A stretch of 55,966 nucleotides of DNA from Candidatus Moranbacteria bacterium UBA2206 (GCA_002328565.1 DCUU01000019.1:1-55966), one strand, 5' to 3'. Positions 1 through 9,908 are shown, numbered from the stretch's first letter. Numbers and translations are program-made. The notes: generated by a model from the sequence alone, not told the origin.

Positions 1-237
1 GGCAGTGGAATTTTGGGTTTTGCGTCTTTTGTGATTGTGGCATCGTATATATTAGTAGGCGCAATTAAAAGATATTATTTTACTAAAAATGAAAAGGAAA
101 AGATTTTCGGATTATTTATAATTATTTCTTGGTTTGCAATTGTTATCCCGAATTTTTTCAACGCCGGAATATTTTTAGGATTTTTTTGGGTGTGGCTGGC
201 AATTACTAACTTACGAATCGAGCGAAATTACGAATAA
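1..237 (+). CDS. 3' end of a polytopic membrane protein, probably O-antigen ligase/polymerase-like (truncated by window edge)
   Basis: Frame open from base 1 (GSGILGFASF...); hydrophobic helices; upstream of a glycosyltransferase. Confidence 0.5.
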   Translation, partial: GSGILGFASFVIVASYILVGAIKRYYFTKNEKEKIFGLFIIISWFAIVIPNFFNAGIFLGFFWVWLAITNLRIERNYE

Positions 238-252
238 TAAAAAATATTAATT

Positions 253-321
253 TGTCATGCTGAATTTATTTCAGCATCTCACAAATATAAATACGGATCC
301 TGAAACAAGTTCAGGATGACA
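253..321. repeat. Paired REP-like palindromes (TGTCAT...ATGACA family)
   Basis: tgtcatgctgaa-tttat-ttcagcatct ... ggatcctgaa-acaag-ttcaggatgaca; related copies elsewhere in window. Confidence 0.85.
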
Positions 322-329
322 GCAATAAT

Positions 330-1490
330 ATGAAAATAGGCATCGACATTCGAAATATCGGCAAAAAAAGAACAGGTGATGAGGTTGTGTTTTTTAATCT
401 GACCAAAAATTTGGCTAAGCTTGATAGTGAGAACGAATATAAATTATTCACCGACGTAACTGACAAAAATGTTTTAGAAGAAATTGGAAAAAATTTAAGA
501 GTCAAGGATAAAAATAATTTTGAAATAATTTCTCTCGAAACTAAAAATCGCTTTAGTTGGAATTTTTGGACACTGCAAAAATATCTTCGCAAAAATCCGG
601 TGGATATTTATCTCACGCAATATATTACGCCGTGGTTTGTGCCGAAAAAAGTGAAAATTGTCACAATTATCCATGATATTTCTTTCAACTTTTATCCGCA
701 GTTTATTAAAAAATCAGATTTATTTTTTCTTAAAACATTAATTCCGATAAGCTTGAAAAGAGCGGATAAGATAATTGCAGTTTCAAAATTTACTCAAGAT
801 GAGATAATTAAATATTATAAAATTTATCCCAGAAAAATTGATTGGTTTCACAATGCGGTGTCGGAGGATTTTTTGGTGCAAGATATCTCAGACGAAAAAA
901 TAAAAACAATTAAGGAGAAATATAAATTGCCGGAAAAATACATTCTATATCTTGGCACATTGCAACCGAGAAAAAACATCCCAGCACTCATAGAAGCTTT
1001 TGCCTTGCTAAAAGTTGAGCTTAATTTAAAAATAAAACTCAATTCCTTAAAATTAGTTATTGCTGGAGGAAAATCTCATAATTATGACAAATTAATAGAT
1101 GAGGTGGTTAAGAAAAATAATTTATTAGAAGACGTTTTTTTTCCGGGATATATTGATGAAGAGGATAAGGCGGGGATTATGAAGGGCGCGGACATTTTTG
1201 TGTTTCCTTCATTCTACGAGGGCTTTGGAATGCCAATTATTGAAGCGATGTCGCTGGGGGTACCGACTGTAGCTTCGGATATTGTTCCTCATAGGGAGAT
1301 TTTTGGCAACGCGACATTGTTTTTCAAGCCGGAAATCCCTGGAGAACTGACACAAAAAATCAAAGAAATATTATCAAATGATCTTACGAGAGATGGCTTA
1401 TCTAGAAATGGAAAAATGCAAGCAGAAAAATTTTCTTGGCAAAAAACTGCCCAGAAGTTATTAGAAATTTTTTCTCAGATGAATTGTTGA
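330..1490 (+). CDS. Glycosyltransferase family 4 (GT-B)
   Basis: MKIGID start, GTLQPRKN, FVFPSFYEGFGMPIIEAM motif. Confidence 0.93.
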   Translation: MKIGIDIRNIGKKRTGDEVVFFNLTKNLAKLDSENEYKLFTDVTDKNVLEEIGKNLRVKDKNNFEIISLETKNRFSWNFWTLQKYLRKNPVDIYLTQYITPWFVPKKVKIVTIIHDISFNFYPQFIKKSDLFFLKTLIPISLKRADKIIAVSKFTQDEIIKYYKIYPRKIDWFHNAVSEDFLVQDISDEKIKTIKEKYKLPEKYILYLGTLQPRKNIPALIEAFALLKVELNLKIKLNSLKLVIAGGKSHNYDKLIDEVVKKNNLLEDVFFPGYIDEEDKAGIMKGADIFVFPSFYEGFGMPIIEAMSLGVPTVASDIVPHREIFGNATLFFKPEIPGELTQKIKEILSNDLTRDGLSRNGKMQAEKFSWQKTAQKLLEIFSQMNC

Positions 1491-1515
1491 CTAAATAGGA
1501 AATTATAAGTAAAAT
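1487..1515 (+). promoter_or_regulatory. Sigma70-type promoter for LCP gene
   Basis: TTGACT-N17-TAAAAT. Confidence 0.55.
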
Positions 1516-1573
1516 AGTAATAATTGCCGAATTAAAGATTTGGCTGTTATATTAATTCAAATTAAACAAAAAA

Positions 1574-2761
1574 ATGGCTTACATAGAAAATAATTTCGAA
1601 ACAAAAAAGAGAAATAAGCAAAAATTTTACCAAAAAAGAGGCTTTAAGATTCTTGCGGTTATTTTGGGGATTTTATTGCTAGGTGGAGTAATTTCTGCTT
1701 GGAAAACCGGCAATGTTCTGAATAAAATTTCCAAAGGGGGAATGTTTAAATCAATAGTGAATAATATTCCGGGAATTGAAAATGAGCTTAAGGGGGAAAA
1801 AGATGGCAGAATAAACGTTTTGATTTTAGGAATGCGTGGGGAAAACATTGCCGGTGGCGGACTTCTGGCTGATACTATCATAGTCGCTAGCATCAACCCA
1901 AAAGAAAACAAAGCTTCAATGATCTCAATCCCGCGCGACTTATATGTGAATAATCCGGCTTGGGCGAATAAAACTAAAATAAATGCGGTTTATGCTGCCG
2001 GAGAAGAGAATGGAAAAAAACAAGGCTTGGAAGAAATGAAAAAAGTTGCCGAGGAAGTGACAGGCTTGCCTGTTCATTATAGTGCTAGTATAAATTTTGC
2101 CGGTTTCAAACAAATTATTGATGCGATTGGCGGAATTGAAATAACATTAGATCAGCCTTTTCAAGAGCCGGTGCAATTCAATGAGGCGCATGTTTGCGAC
2201 AGTCAAGTTTTCACAGTTCCAACGGGAAAATTTGAAATTAAGAAAAATAAAACTGGTAGAGTTGTGGCCGAATATCCTCTTTGCACTAATCCGGTCAAAG
2301 AATGCGGAGGAAACTTCACTCTTCCTGCGGGTAAACAAACTCTAAATGGTGACAAGGCTCTTTGCTACGTGAGGTCGCGTGCAACTTCTAGTGATTTTGA
2401 AAGAGCGAAGCGTCAGCAAATAGTTATTCAATTAGTAAAAGACAAAATGCTAAGCGTTGGTACGCTAGCTGATTTTTCCAAGGGGAATGCTCTGCTTAAT
2501 GCTCTCGGCAACAACGTTAGAACTGATATGGAAATTTGGGAAATGCAAAGATTTTATGATATTTATAAGGGGTTGAATAATTTGCAAATTTACCAAAGAG
2601 TCCTAGAAAATAGCGAAGAAGGATTTTTGTATAACCCAACTGATATGCCAAAAGAAGTTGGCTACATTCTTTTGCCAATCGGTGGCAACTATGACCGCAT
2701 TCACCAAATGGCAAAAGATATTTTTATCCTTCCAGCACAATCAGATATAAAGCCTAAGTAG
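1574..2761 (+). CDS. LCP (LytR-CpsA-Psr) family glycopolymer transferase
   Basis: N-terminal TM; INVLILG, ADTIIVAS, SIPRDLYV, KINAVY, SDFERAKRQQ motifs. Confidence 0.92.
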   Translation: MAYIENNFETKKRNKQKFYQKRGFKILAVILGILLLGGVISAWKTGNVLNKISKGGMFKSIVNNIPGIENELKGEKDGRINVLILGMRGENIAGGGLLADTIIVASINPKENKASMISIPRDLYVNNPAWANKTKINAVYAAGEENGKKQGLEEMKKVAEEVTGLPVHYSASINFAGFKQIIDAIGGIEITLDQPFQEPVQFNEAHVCDSQVFTVPTGKFEIKKNKTGRVVAEYPLCTNPVKECGGNFTLPAGKQTLNGDKALCYVRSRATSSDFERAKRQQIVIQLVKDKMLSVGTLADFSKGNALLNALGNNVRTDMEIWEMQRFYDIYKGLNNLQIYQRVLENSEEGFLYNPTDMPKEVGYILLPIGGNYDRIHQMAKDIFILPAQSDIKPK

Positions 2762-2846
2762 AAAATCTTATTTTACAAAGCATAAGCTTGAAGCATGTTT
2801 GGCAATCTAATTGTTTCATGTTTCATGTTTTGTGGTTCATGATTTA

Positions 2847-3656
2847 ATGGAATTATCCATCATTATTACTAGTTATAAAAATTCGGAACTCTTGAAAGTT
2901 TGTATTGATTCAATTGAAAGTAATATTACGCTAAATGACTATGAGATAATTGTGGCAGATAGTGAAACAGAAGAAAAAACTGAGATGATGATGCGGGAGG
3001 ATTATCCTCAGATAAAATTTGTTTCTTCAAAGAAAAACATTGGCTTTGGTGGAACAGTGCGAAACGGATATGATATTTCACAAGGAGAATATGTACTTAT
3101 TCTCAATGGAGATATTTTGGTTAAAAAACATTCCATAGAAAAACTTCTAGAATATGTCAGAAAAAATCCTGAAATTGGGATTGTCGGTCCTAAACTTCTA
3201 GGTTTCAATGAAGCACTCCAGCCTTCTTGCTTTCGCTATTATACTCCGTTCACGATAGTTTATCGCCGAACATTTTTGGGAAAACTAAAAATAGGACAAA
3301 AGCATATTGATAAATTTTTAATGAAAGAATTTGATCATAAAAGCATTAAGGAAGTTGATTGGATTCAGGGATCGGCTATGATGACAAGAAGATCAGCTAT
3401 CTCTAAGGTAGGGCTACTAGATAGTCAATTTAAGATGTATTTCGAGGATGTCGATTGGTGTCGAAGATTTTGGGAAAATGGCTATAGAATAATATATTTT
3501 CCTGAAGCCGAAATGTATCATTATCATGGTCGGGGAAGTGCGGGAAAAAATGTTATTCAGTCATTACTTTCTAATCGTTTGACATGGCTTCATATCAAAA
3601 GCGCTGTTTTATATTTTTGGAAATATTGGGGAAAGCCTCTGCCAAAACACAACTAA
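2847..3656 (+). CDS. Glycosyltransferase family 2 (rhamnosyltransferase-like)
   Basis: LSIIITSY, ILNGD, YFEDVDWCRR; ATG 2847 preferred because the upstream extension is heptamer repeat. Confidence 0.9.
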   Translation: MELSIIITSYKNSELLKVCIDSIESNITLNDYEIIVADSETEEKTEMMMREDYPQIKFVSSKKNIGFGGTVRNGYDISQGEYVLILNGDILVKKHSIEKLLEYVRKNPEIGIVGPKLLGFNEALQPSCFRYYTPFTIVYRRTFLGKLKIGQKHIDKFLMKEFDHKSIKEVDWIQGSAMMTRRSAISKVGLLDSQFKMYFEDVDWCRRFWENGYRIIYFPEAEMYHYHGRGSAGKNVIQSLLSNRLTWLHIKSAVLYFWKYWGKPLPKHN

Positions 3657-3664
3657 TAAAAATT

Positions 3665-4981
3665 ATGAAATCAGAAAATTTTGAGGAAAAAATAACACAA
3701 GAAATAGTTGAAGATAAAGAGAAAAAAGATCTAGAAAATATGGAGAAAAATCTCCACATTTTTAAGCGATATTCATTTTTGTTAATCGTTATTTTTCTTT
3801 TGGTAGGAAGTTTTTTTCTGGGATATAAAAAGGGACAGCAAAATTATTCTTTAAATGATAAAAATGTTCCACTAGAAAAAGCGATTATAGAAAACAAAAT
3901 ATCCTCGCAAAATGAAAAGGTTGATTTTTCACTTTTTTGGAAGGTGTGGGATTTGGTCAAAGAAAAGCATGTTGAAAAAAATAATTTGGATGCGCAAAAG
4001 ATGGTTTATGGGGCAATCAATGGGATGCTTAGCGCTACAGGGGATCCATATTCGAATTTTTTTAATCCGCAGGAAAGCAAGATGTTTTCTCAAGACATCG
4101 CTGGTTCATTTGAAGGGATTGGAGCTGAGCTGGGGATAAAAGATGAAATTCTAACTGTCATTGCTCCGCTGGATGGTTCTCCAGCGCAAAAAGCCGGAAT
4201 TCGCAGTGGGGATAAAATTTTGAAAATTGATGAAAAATCATCATTGGAATTGACGATTGATCAAGCGGTAGATTTGATAAGAGGCAAGAAAGGCACGCAA
4301 GTGAAGCTTACGATTTTGCATAATGGCGATCAAGAAACTACCGAGATAATAGTAATTCGAGAAACTATAAAATTAGATAGTGCTAAAGTTGAATTTAAGG
4401 ATGACGATATCGCGTATCTTAAGATAATAAAATTTTCTGATGATGTGGATGCGCAATTCAATTCGGCAATGAATAAGATAATTAATGCCAAAAGTAAAGG
4501 AATAATTTTAGATCTTCGTGACAACCCAGGTGGGCTTTTGGATAAATCAATTTCAATTGCCAGCCGAATGATGCCTCAGGGTAAGGTTGTTGTTTTAGAG
4601 GAGGACAATAAGGGTGAAAAAAATAGTTTATATACTATTGGCGGAGATAAATTAAGTTCAATTCCAATGGTGGTTCTAATAAACGAAGGCAGTGCCAGCG
4701 CTTCAGAAATTTTGGCGGGAGCACTGAAGGATAATCGCGGGCTGACATTAATTGGGGAAAAAACTTTCGGCAAAGGAAGTGTGCAACAACTTATGGATTT
4801 GCCGGGAGGTTCAAGCGTAAAAATTACTGTCGCAAAATGGCTCACACCTAAAGGTGATTATATTATGGAAAAAGGAATTTCTCCTGATATCGAAGTTGAA
4901 ATGACCAATGATGACTATGAAAACAAGCGCGATCCGCAATTGGATAAGGCGATGGAAGAAATCAAGGAAAAAATAAAATAG
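3665..4981 (+). CDS. ctpA: S41 family C-terminal processing peptidase with PDZ domain
   Basis: FEGIG PDZ loop, DLRDNPGG, SASASEI, GEKTFGKGSVQ; start placed at ATG 3665. Confidence 0.92.
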   Translation: MKSENFEEKITQEIVEDKEKKDLENMEKNLHIFKRYSFLLIVIFLLVGSFFLGYKKGQQNYSLNDKNVPLEKAIIENKISSQNEKVDFSLFWKVWDLVKEKHVEKNNLDAQKMVYGAINGMLSATGDPYSNFFNPQESKMFSQDIAGSFEGIGAELGIKDEILTVIAPLDGSPAQKAGIRSGDKILKIDEKSSLELTIDQAVDLIRGKKGTQVKLTILHNGDQETTEIIVIRETIKLDSAKVEFKDDDIAYLKIIKFSDDVDAQFNSAMNKIINAKSKGIILDLRDNPGGLLDKSISIASRMMPQGKVVVLEEDNKGEKNSLYTIGGDKLSSIPMVVLINEGSASASEILAGALKDNRGLTLIGEKTFGKGSVQQLMDLPGGSSVKITVAKWLTPKGDYIMEKGISPDIEVEMTNDDYENKRDPQLDKAMEEIKEKIK

Positions 4982-4983
4982 AA

Positions 4984-5133
4984 TTCACCCTGTTAAATAA
5001 ATTTTAATTTTTTTAAAAAAATTAAAATTAGATTTGAATATATTTAAGCAAACAGGAAATGAAAACTAAGTAATAAATAATTAAAATAAGTTGTTTCTTT
5101 TCACAAGATTCAAATCTTATTTAACAGGGTAAA
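4984..5133 (+). mobile_element. MITE/REP-like element with TTCACCC...GGGTAAA ends
   Basis: ttcaccctgttaaata ... tatttaacagggtaaa inverted termini; related copies at 15910, 33057, 33717. Confidence 0.7.
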
Positions 5134-5576
5134 TGAAAATAATATTATTACAAGATGTAAAAAGTCTTGGAAAAAAAGGCGATGTGAAAGAAGTGGCGCA
5201 AGGGTATGCGCAAAATTTTTTGCTTCCCAAAAAAATAGCGGGCATTGCAACGGAAAATACAATTAGGATTTTTCAATTGCAAAAAGAAAAAGAACAGAAA
5301 AACAAGATAGCTGAAACAGAGAGGTTGAAAGATTTAGCCAGTGCCCTTAAGAATAAAAAAATTATCATTGAAGCTAAAGAAAAAAAAGGTAAGCTTTTTG
5401 GTTCAATAACAGTCAAAAACATCGAAGAAGCCCTGAAAAAAGAAGGCTTGAACATTTTAGCAAATTCAATTATAATTAAACAAGCAATAAAGAAGGTGGG
5501 GGAATATGAAATTGAAATAAAATTATCAGAAGAAATAAGAGAAAAAATTAAATTAGAAGTAAAGGGGATTGAGTAG
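5133..5576 (+). CDS. rplI: 50S ribosomal protein L9
   Basis: MKIILLQDVKSLGKKGDVKEVAQGYAQNFLLP; GKLFGSIT. Confidence 0.97.
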   Translation: MKIILLQDVKSLGKKGDVKEVAQGYAQNFLLPKKIAGIATENTIRIFQLQKEKEQKNKIAETERLKDLASALKNKKIIIEAKEKKGKLFGSITVKNIEEALKKEGLNILANSIIIKQAIKKVGEYEIEIKLSEEIREKIKLEVKGIE

Positions 5577-5598
5577 CAACCTTAATAAATTTATTTTT

Positions 5599-5623
5599 AA
5601 AAGTCGCGGGGAAGCGACTTTTT
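5599..5623 (+). terminator. Intrinsic terminator-like hairpin between rplI and pyrG
   Basis: aaaagtcgc-ggggaa-gcgactttt plus T run. Confidence 0.6.
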
Positions 5624-5635
5624 GTCTGAAAAAAT

Positions 5636-7288
5636 ATGAAAAACAGAAAGTATATCTTTGTCGTTGGGGGTGTGATGAGTGGGGTGGGAAAAGGAATAAC
5701 TACTTCAGCTATCGGCGCGATTCTTCAAGCGCGTGGATTTAATGTGACGGCTATAAAAATTGATCCTTACATTAATGTGGACGCCGGTACAATGAACCCA
5801 ACTGAACACGGAGAAGTTTTTGTTTTAGATGATGGCGATGAAACTGATCAAGACATGGGAAATTATGAAAGATTTTTGGGTATTACCTTGAATCGTGATA
5901 ATTATATGACGACTGGCAGAGTGTATGAAACGGTGATTCACAAAGAAAGAAATCTTGAATATAACGGAAAGTGTGTGGAAGTTGTGCCTCATATTCCAAT
6001 GGAAGTTATTGAAAGAATAGAAAAAGCTTCCAAAAAAGCTGATTCGGACGTGACTATGATTGAGATTGGTGGAACGGTCGGAGAATATCAAAATATCCTT
6101 TTCCTGGAAGCGGCCAGAATGTTAAAGATAAAACATCCAGACGATGTGTTGTTTGTGATGGTTAGCTATCTGCCAATTCCTTCTAAAGTGGGAGAAATGA
6201 AAACCAAACCAACTCAATATGCTGTGCGAACACTCAATAGTGCTGGAATTTTGCCGGATGTGATCGTAGCCAGAAGTGACACTCGGCTAGATCAGAAAAG
6301 AAAAGAAAAAATTGCGATGTTTTGTAATATTCCTGAAAGATATGTAATTAGCGCTCCGGATATTGAAAGTATTTATGAGGTTGGGATAAATTTTGAACGC
6401 GATGACTTGAGTCGGTTGCTTCTTAAGAAATTAGGTTTGCCATACAAAAAAACTAATTTGAAAAAATGGTATGATCTTTTGGAGAAAATAAAAAATCCTA
6501 AAGGAGAAATTAAAATCGGCATAGTGGGAAAATATTTTGGCACAGGTGATTTTGTTCTCTCGGATGCCTATCTGAGCGTGATTGAAGCGGTAAAACATGC
6601 TGCTTACAAGCTTCAGCTGAAACCAATAATAAGTTGGGTGAACAGTGAGGCCTTTGAAAAAGAGCCGGAAAAATTGGAAGAATTGAAAAATTATGACGGA
6701 GTAATTATCCCTGGTGGATTTGGTTCACGCGGAATTGAAGGGAAAATAAACGCCATTAAATTTTTACGAGAAAATAAAATTCCTTTTTTTGGACTTTGTT
6801 ATGGAATGCAACTGGCGGTAGTGGAATATGCCAGAAATGTATTGGATTTGAAAGACGCTAACACCACGGAAATTGACAGAAAAACAAAAAATCCGGTGAT
6901 TGATATTATGCCAGAGCAAAAGAAAAATCTAGCTGATCATAATTTTGGAGCCACGATGCGACTAGGCGCTTATCCCGCTGTTATCAAAAAAGGAACGCTG
7001 GCTTATAAGGCTTATGGGAAAAATAAAATTTCTGAACGCCACCGACATCGCTGGGAAGTTAATCCGCAGTATATTGAAAGATTAGAAAAAGCCGGTTTGG
7101 TTTTCTCTGGAAAATCAGCGGACGGAAAACTAATGGAAATAGCAGAATTGCCAAAAGCCAAACATCCATTTTTTCTGGGGGCTCAATTTCATCCAGAATT
7201 CAAAACTGATCCGATTGATTCACATCCCTTGTTTCTTGAATTTATAAAAGCGAGCCACTCACGAATTGTCGCGAATAAAAAACAATAA
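5636..7288 (+). CDS. pyrG: CTP synthase
   Basis: GGVMSGVGKG, KIDPYINVDAGTM, KTKPTQ, GLCYGMQ, ERHRHRWE, QFHPEF. Confidence 0.99.
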   Translation: MKNRKYIFVVGGVMSGVGKGITTSAIGAILQARGFNVTAIKIDPYINVDAGTMNPTEHGEVFVLDDGDETDQDMGNYERFLGITLNRDNYMTTGRVYETVIHKERNLEYNGKCVEVVPHIPMEVIERIEKASKKADSDVTMIEIGGTVGEYQNILFLEAARMLKIKHPDDVLFVMVSYLPIPSKVGEMKTKPTQYAVRTLNSAGILPDVIVARSDTRLDQKRKEKIAMFCNIPERYVISAPDIESIYEVGINFERDDLSRLLLKKLGLPYKKTNLKKWYDLLEKIKNPKGEIKIGIVGKYFGTGDFVLSDAYLSVIEAVKHAAYKLQLKPIISWVNSEAFEKEPEKLEELKNYDGVIIPGGFGSRGIEGKINAIKFLRENKIPFFGLCYGMQLAVVEYARNVLDLKDANTTEIDRKTKNPVIDIMPEQKKNLADHNFGATMRLGAYPAVIKKGTLAYKAYGKNKISERHRHRWEVNPQYIERLEKAGLVFSGKSADGKLMEIAELPKAKHPFFLGAQFHPEFKTDPIDSHPLFLEFIKASHSRIVANKKQ

Positions 7289-7297
7289 ACATAAATA

Positions 7298-7331
7298 AAA
7301 AAAGCGAACCATTCAAGGAGTTCGCTTTTTT
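7298..7331. terminator. Bidirectional intrinsic terminator (pyrG / rpmA)
   Basis: aaaaaagcgaac...gttcgctttttt between convergent genes. Confidence 0.8.
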
Positions 7332-7357
7332 AGTTTATATTCGTTGTATGTTCGTGT

Positions 7358-7630
7358 TTATTCTACAGAAACAAATTTCTTTGAAATCATTTTGCCGGTA
7401 AATTTTCGAACTTTCTTGGCAGTGAATTTCACTACTCCTTCTTTCAAGGCAAAGAGAGTATCATCTTCCGCACGCTTAACATCTTTTCCGGGTCGGAATT
7501 TTGTTCCCCGTTGACGGATAATTATTTGTCCGGGAGCAACTTTTTCCCCCGCAAATTTTTTCACGCCTAATCTTTTCGAAATTGAATCTCGTCCCAGTTG
7601 AGTGGAACCACCTGCTTTACGATGTGCCAT
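7358..7630 (-). CDS. rpmA: 50S ribosomal protein L27
   Basis: [10 protein letters not shown]...[22 protein letters not shown]; start ATG at 7630. Confidence 0.97.
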   Translation of the reverse strand: MAHRKAGGSTQLGRDSISKRLGVKKFAGEKVAPGQIIIRQRGTKFRPGKDVKRAEDDTLFALKEGVVKFTAKKVRKFTGKMISKKFVSVE

Positions 7631-7786
7631 TTTTGTCTGCGAAGTATGAGCAGGAACAAAAATGAGCATCCCTGCACTAATTCGTTATAAAATTTAATAT
7701 TAGTAAAAATTAAGCCGAAGGCGATTACGCACACACAACTAAACACCAGTAGGATTTTAATTGGAATTAGTGCGGGACGCCATACC
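7631..7786 (-). ncRNA. Candidate structured 5' leader of rpmA
   Basis: Long stem GCGUCCC-GCACUAAUUC / GAAUUAGUGC-A-GGGAUGC plus a second hairpin abutting the AUG; downstream of a good promoter. Confidence 0.4.
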
Positions 7787-7791
7787 TAAAG

Positions 7792-7820
7792 AGCTTACCA
7801 ATTTTATGCTATAATGTCAA
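7792..7820 (-). promoter_or_regulatory. Sigma70 promoter for rpmA, overlapping a divergent extended -10 (TGCTATAAT 7807-7815)
   Basis: TTGACA-N17-TAAGCT on minus strand. Confidence 0.6.
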
Positions 7821-7826
7821 TACGCT

Positions 7827-8288
7827 ATGTATAATGAAGCCCTAAAAACAAAAACCAAAGATTTTTGGGAAAAATATGAACACAAAATAATCCTTATTAT
7901 AGGCTTTATTTTGGTCGCTATAATTTCTTTTGAAGGAGGGTTTTTAAAAGGCCAAAAAACAGCCCAAAACCCACTTATTATTGAAAAAACAGCAGAAAGT
8001 ATGGTGTCTATTGAAAATGGCAATAATTCAGCTGTCCAGAGTGTCTCACAAAGCCAAAATTTGCCCACTGAGACGAAAAAAGACCTAAATGAGGTAAGTG
8101 CTATGCCCCAAACCATGCCTACCGGCAGGCAGGATTGCGCCTTTGTAGGGTCAAAAAATTCCAATAAATATCATTTGCCGACTTGCCGTTATGCCAAGAA
8201 TATAAACCCCGAAAATCGAGTTTGCTTTTCTTCGAAAATTGAGGCAGAATCAAGAGGATACTTGCCGGATAAAAATTGTATAAAATGA
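7827..8288 (+). CDS. Membrane-anchored protein with C-terminal Ada-like metal-binding domain
   Basis: TM helix; FVGSKNSNKYHLPTC...C..EAESRGY.P...C motif. Confidence 0.75.
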   Translation: MYNEALKTKTKDFWEKYEHKIILIIGFILVAIISFEGGFLKGQKTAQNPLIIEKTAESMVSIENGNNSAVQSVSQSQNLPTETKKDLNEVSAMPQTMPTGRQDCAFVGSKNSNKYHLPTCRYAKNINPENRVCFSSKIEAESRGYLPDKNCIK

Positions 8289-8300
8289 CATTTTAATAAA

Positions 8301-8425
8301 TGTCATCCTGAGCGAAGTGAATTCGCGATAGCGAATGAACGTAGTCGAAGGATCTGCTAAATAATATAATCTATTTGATTAAAAAGTAGATTCTTCGACT
8401 TCGCTTCGCTACGCTCAGAATGACA
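8301..8425. repeat. Paired REP-like palindromes (TGTCATCCTGAGCGAAG type) with nested hairpin
   Basis: tgtcatcctgagcgaag...gtcgaaggatct ... agattcttcgac...gctcagaatgaca. Confidence 0.85.
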
Positions 8426-8432
8426 GCTAATT

Positions 8433-9134
8433 ATGAAAAAAGAAATTATAGTTATATCTTTAGGTGGCTCACTAATTGTGCCGAAACATATAGATTGGCA
8501 ATTTTTGAAAAAATTCAGAGAACTAATTATTTCTGAAATCAAAAAAGGCAAAAAATTTGCAATCATTACGGGCGGAGGATATGCGGCGCGGGAATATATT
8601 CAAGGAGCTTCGAAAGTCACGAAGTTAACTAGAGACGACCAGGATTGGCTAGGAATTCATACGACTAGACTTAATGCGCATTTAGTGAAAACTATTTTTC
8701 GTGCCTATGCTCATCCAAGAATCAACAAAAACCCGCGCACTAAAGAAGATTTGATGAGCCACTTTGCGGCTGGGGAGGGGATTATGGTGGCTGCCGGTTG
8801 GAAACCGGGAGCATCAACGGACTATGTTGCCACAATTATCGCGGAAAGACTGGGCGCTAAAAAACTTATCAATCTTTCCAACATTAAATATGCTTGCGAC
8901 AAGGATCCGAAAAAATATCCTGATGCAAAAATAATCAAAGAAATCAATTGGAAAAATTTCAGAAAAATTGTCGGAAATCGTTGGGATCCAGGACTTAATA
9001 TGCCCTTTGATCCAGTAGCTTCAAAACTAGCAGAGCAAAATAACCTCGAAGTTATCATCGCTGAAGGAAAAAATTTGAAAAATTTGAAAAATATTTTGGG
9101 GGAGAAGAAATTCCAAGGAACGGTGATAAAATAA
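8433..9134 (+). CDS. pyrH: UMP kinase, archaeal-type
   Basis: VISLGGSL, TGGG..AREY, DWLGI..TRLNA, GWKPGASTD, PFDPVAS. Confidence 0.93.
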   Translation: MKKEIIVISLGGSLIVPKHIDWQFLKKFRELIISEIKKGKKFAIITGGGYAAREYIQGASKVTKLTRDDQDWLGIHTTRLNAHLVKTIFRAYAHPRINKNPRTKEDLMSHFAAGEGIMVAAGWKPGASTDYVATIIAERLGAKKLINLSNIKYACDKDPKKYPDAKIIKEINWKNFRKIVGNRWDPGLNMPFDPVASKLAEQNNLEVIIAEGKNLKNLKNILGEKKFQGTVIK

Positions 9135-9138
9135 ATTG

Positions 9139-9375
9139 ATGAAAAAATTTTTAATAAGTATAAGTGCGATATTTTTGATAATTGCAATCGGATTGTTTTT
9201 TATCTTTGATACAAATAAGGAGAAAATAATGGCAAGTCCTTATATAAAATCAATTGTGCAAAAAATAGTCGATTTTGTTTATGATGAAGCTGAAAAACAC
9301 AATCCCAAAGGCGACATGTTGCCGGATAGTGTAGACGATGAAATAAAAAAAGAAATAAAAGAAAAAATAAATTAA
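9139..9375 (+). CDS. Small membrane-anchored hypothetical protein
   Basis: N-terminal hydrophobic helix; directly follows pyrH. Confidence 0.65.
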   Translation: MKKFLISISAIFLIIAIGLFFIFDTNKEKIMASPYIKSIVQKIVDFVYDEAEKHNPKGDMLPDSVDDEIKKEIKEKIN

Positions 9376-9393
9376 AAAATAGTATAATAAATT

Positions 9394-9843
9394 TTATCCA
9401 AAACTCACTTTTTTATACTTCAACAGAAAATAAATCAAGAAATAAAAAGCTAGGGCGATGATTCCAGCGGTGATGAGGAAACCAATAATGAGCGGAAGTA
9501 ATAATTCGAGAAAAATAATTTTGCTGAAAAAATATTTTAGTCCCAGATGATATGTCGAGTTAAAATTATCAATCAATTCTTGCGGATTAGTTTTGAAAAT
9601 AAAAGCGCCAATTCCGGCAGAAAATGGTAGCATTACAATTGTCGCCCACATATTAAAAGCTAAAACTCCAGCGGTAGCTGACAAGCGATTGAAACGAAAA
9701 AGTGAGGCCAATAATAAGGTAGCTAATAATCCTTCACCAGGAATAATTCCTAAAAAAATTCCCAAAGATGCTCCCGCAGCAATTTTATGCGGAGTATCAT
9801 CGATAAGAAAGAATTTTTTGAGAAAGGTCTTCAGTTTGTTCAT
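9394..9843 (-). CDS. DUF2062 family membrane protein
   Basis: DDTPHKIAAGASLGIFLGIIP motif; alternative start at 9912 reads through a REP. Confidence 0.8.
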   Translation of the reverse strand: MNKLKTFLKKFFLIDDTPHKIAAGASLGIFLGIIPGEGLLATLLLASLFRFNRLSATAGVLAFNMWATIVMLPFSAGIGAFIFKTNPQELIDNFNSTYHLGLKYFFSKIIFLELLLPLIIGFLITAGIIALAFYFLIYFLLKYKKVSFG

Positions 9844-9853
9844 ATAACTAAGT

Positions 9854-9898
9854 AGATCCTTCGACTTCGTCCGAGTACGGACTTCGCTCAGGATGACA
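9854..9898. repeat. Single REP-like unit with nested hairpin
   Basis: agatccttcgacttcgtccgagtacggacttcgctcaggatgaca. Confidence 0.8.
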
Positions 9899-9908
9899 AC
9901 TGAGGTTG

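Noticed and set aside
2811-2846. N-terminal extensions in the ORF track (also 3584, 7669, 20446, 24142, 27385, 51077)
   Set aside because: They derive from repeats, promoters or overlap with neighbours; downstream ATGs match the family starts.
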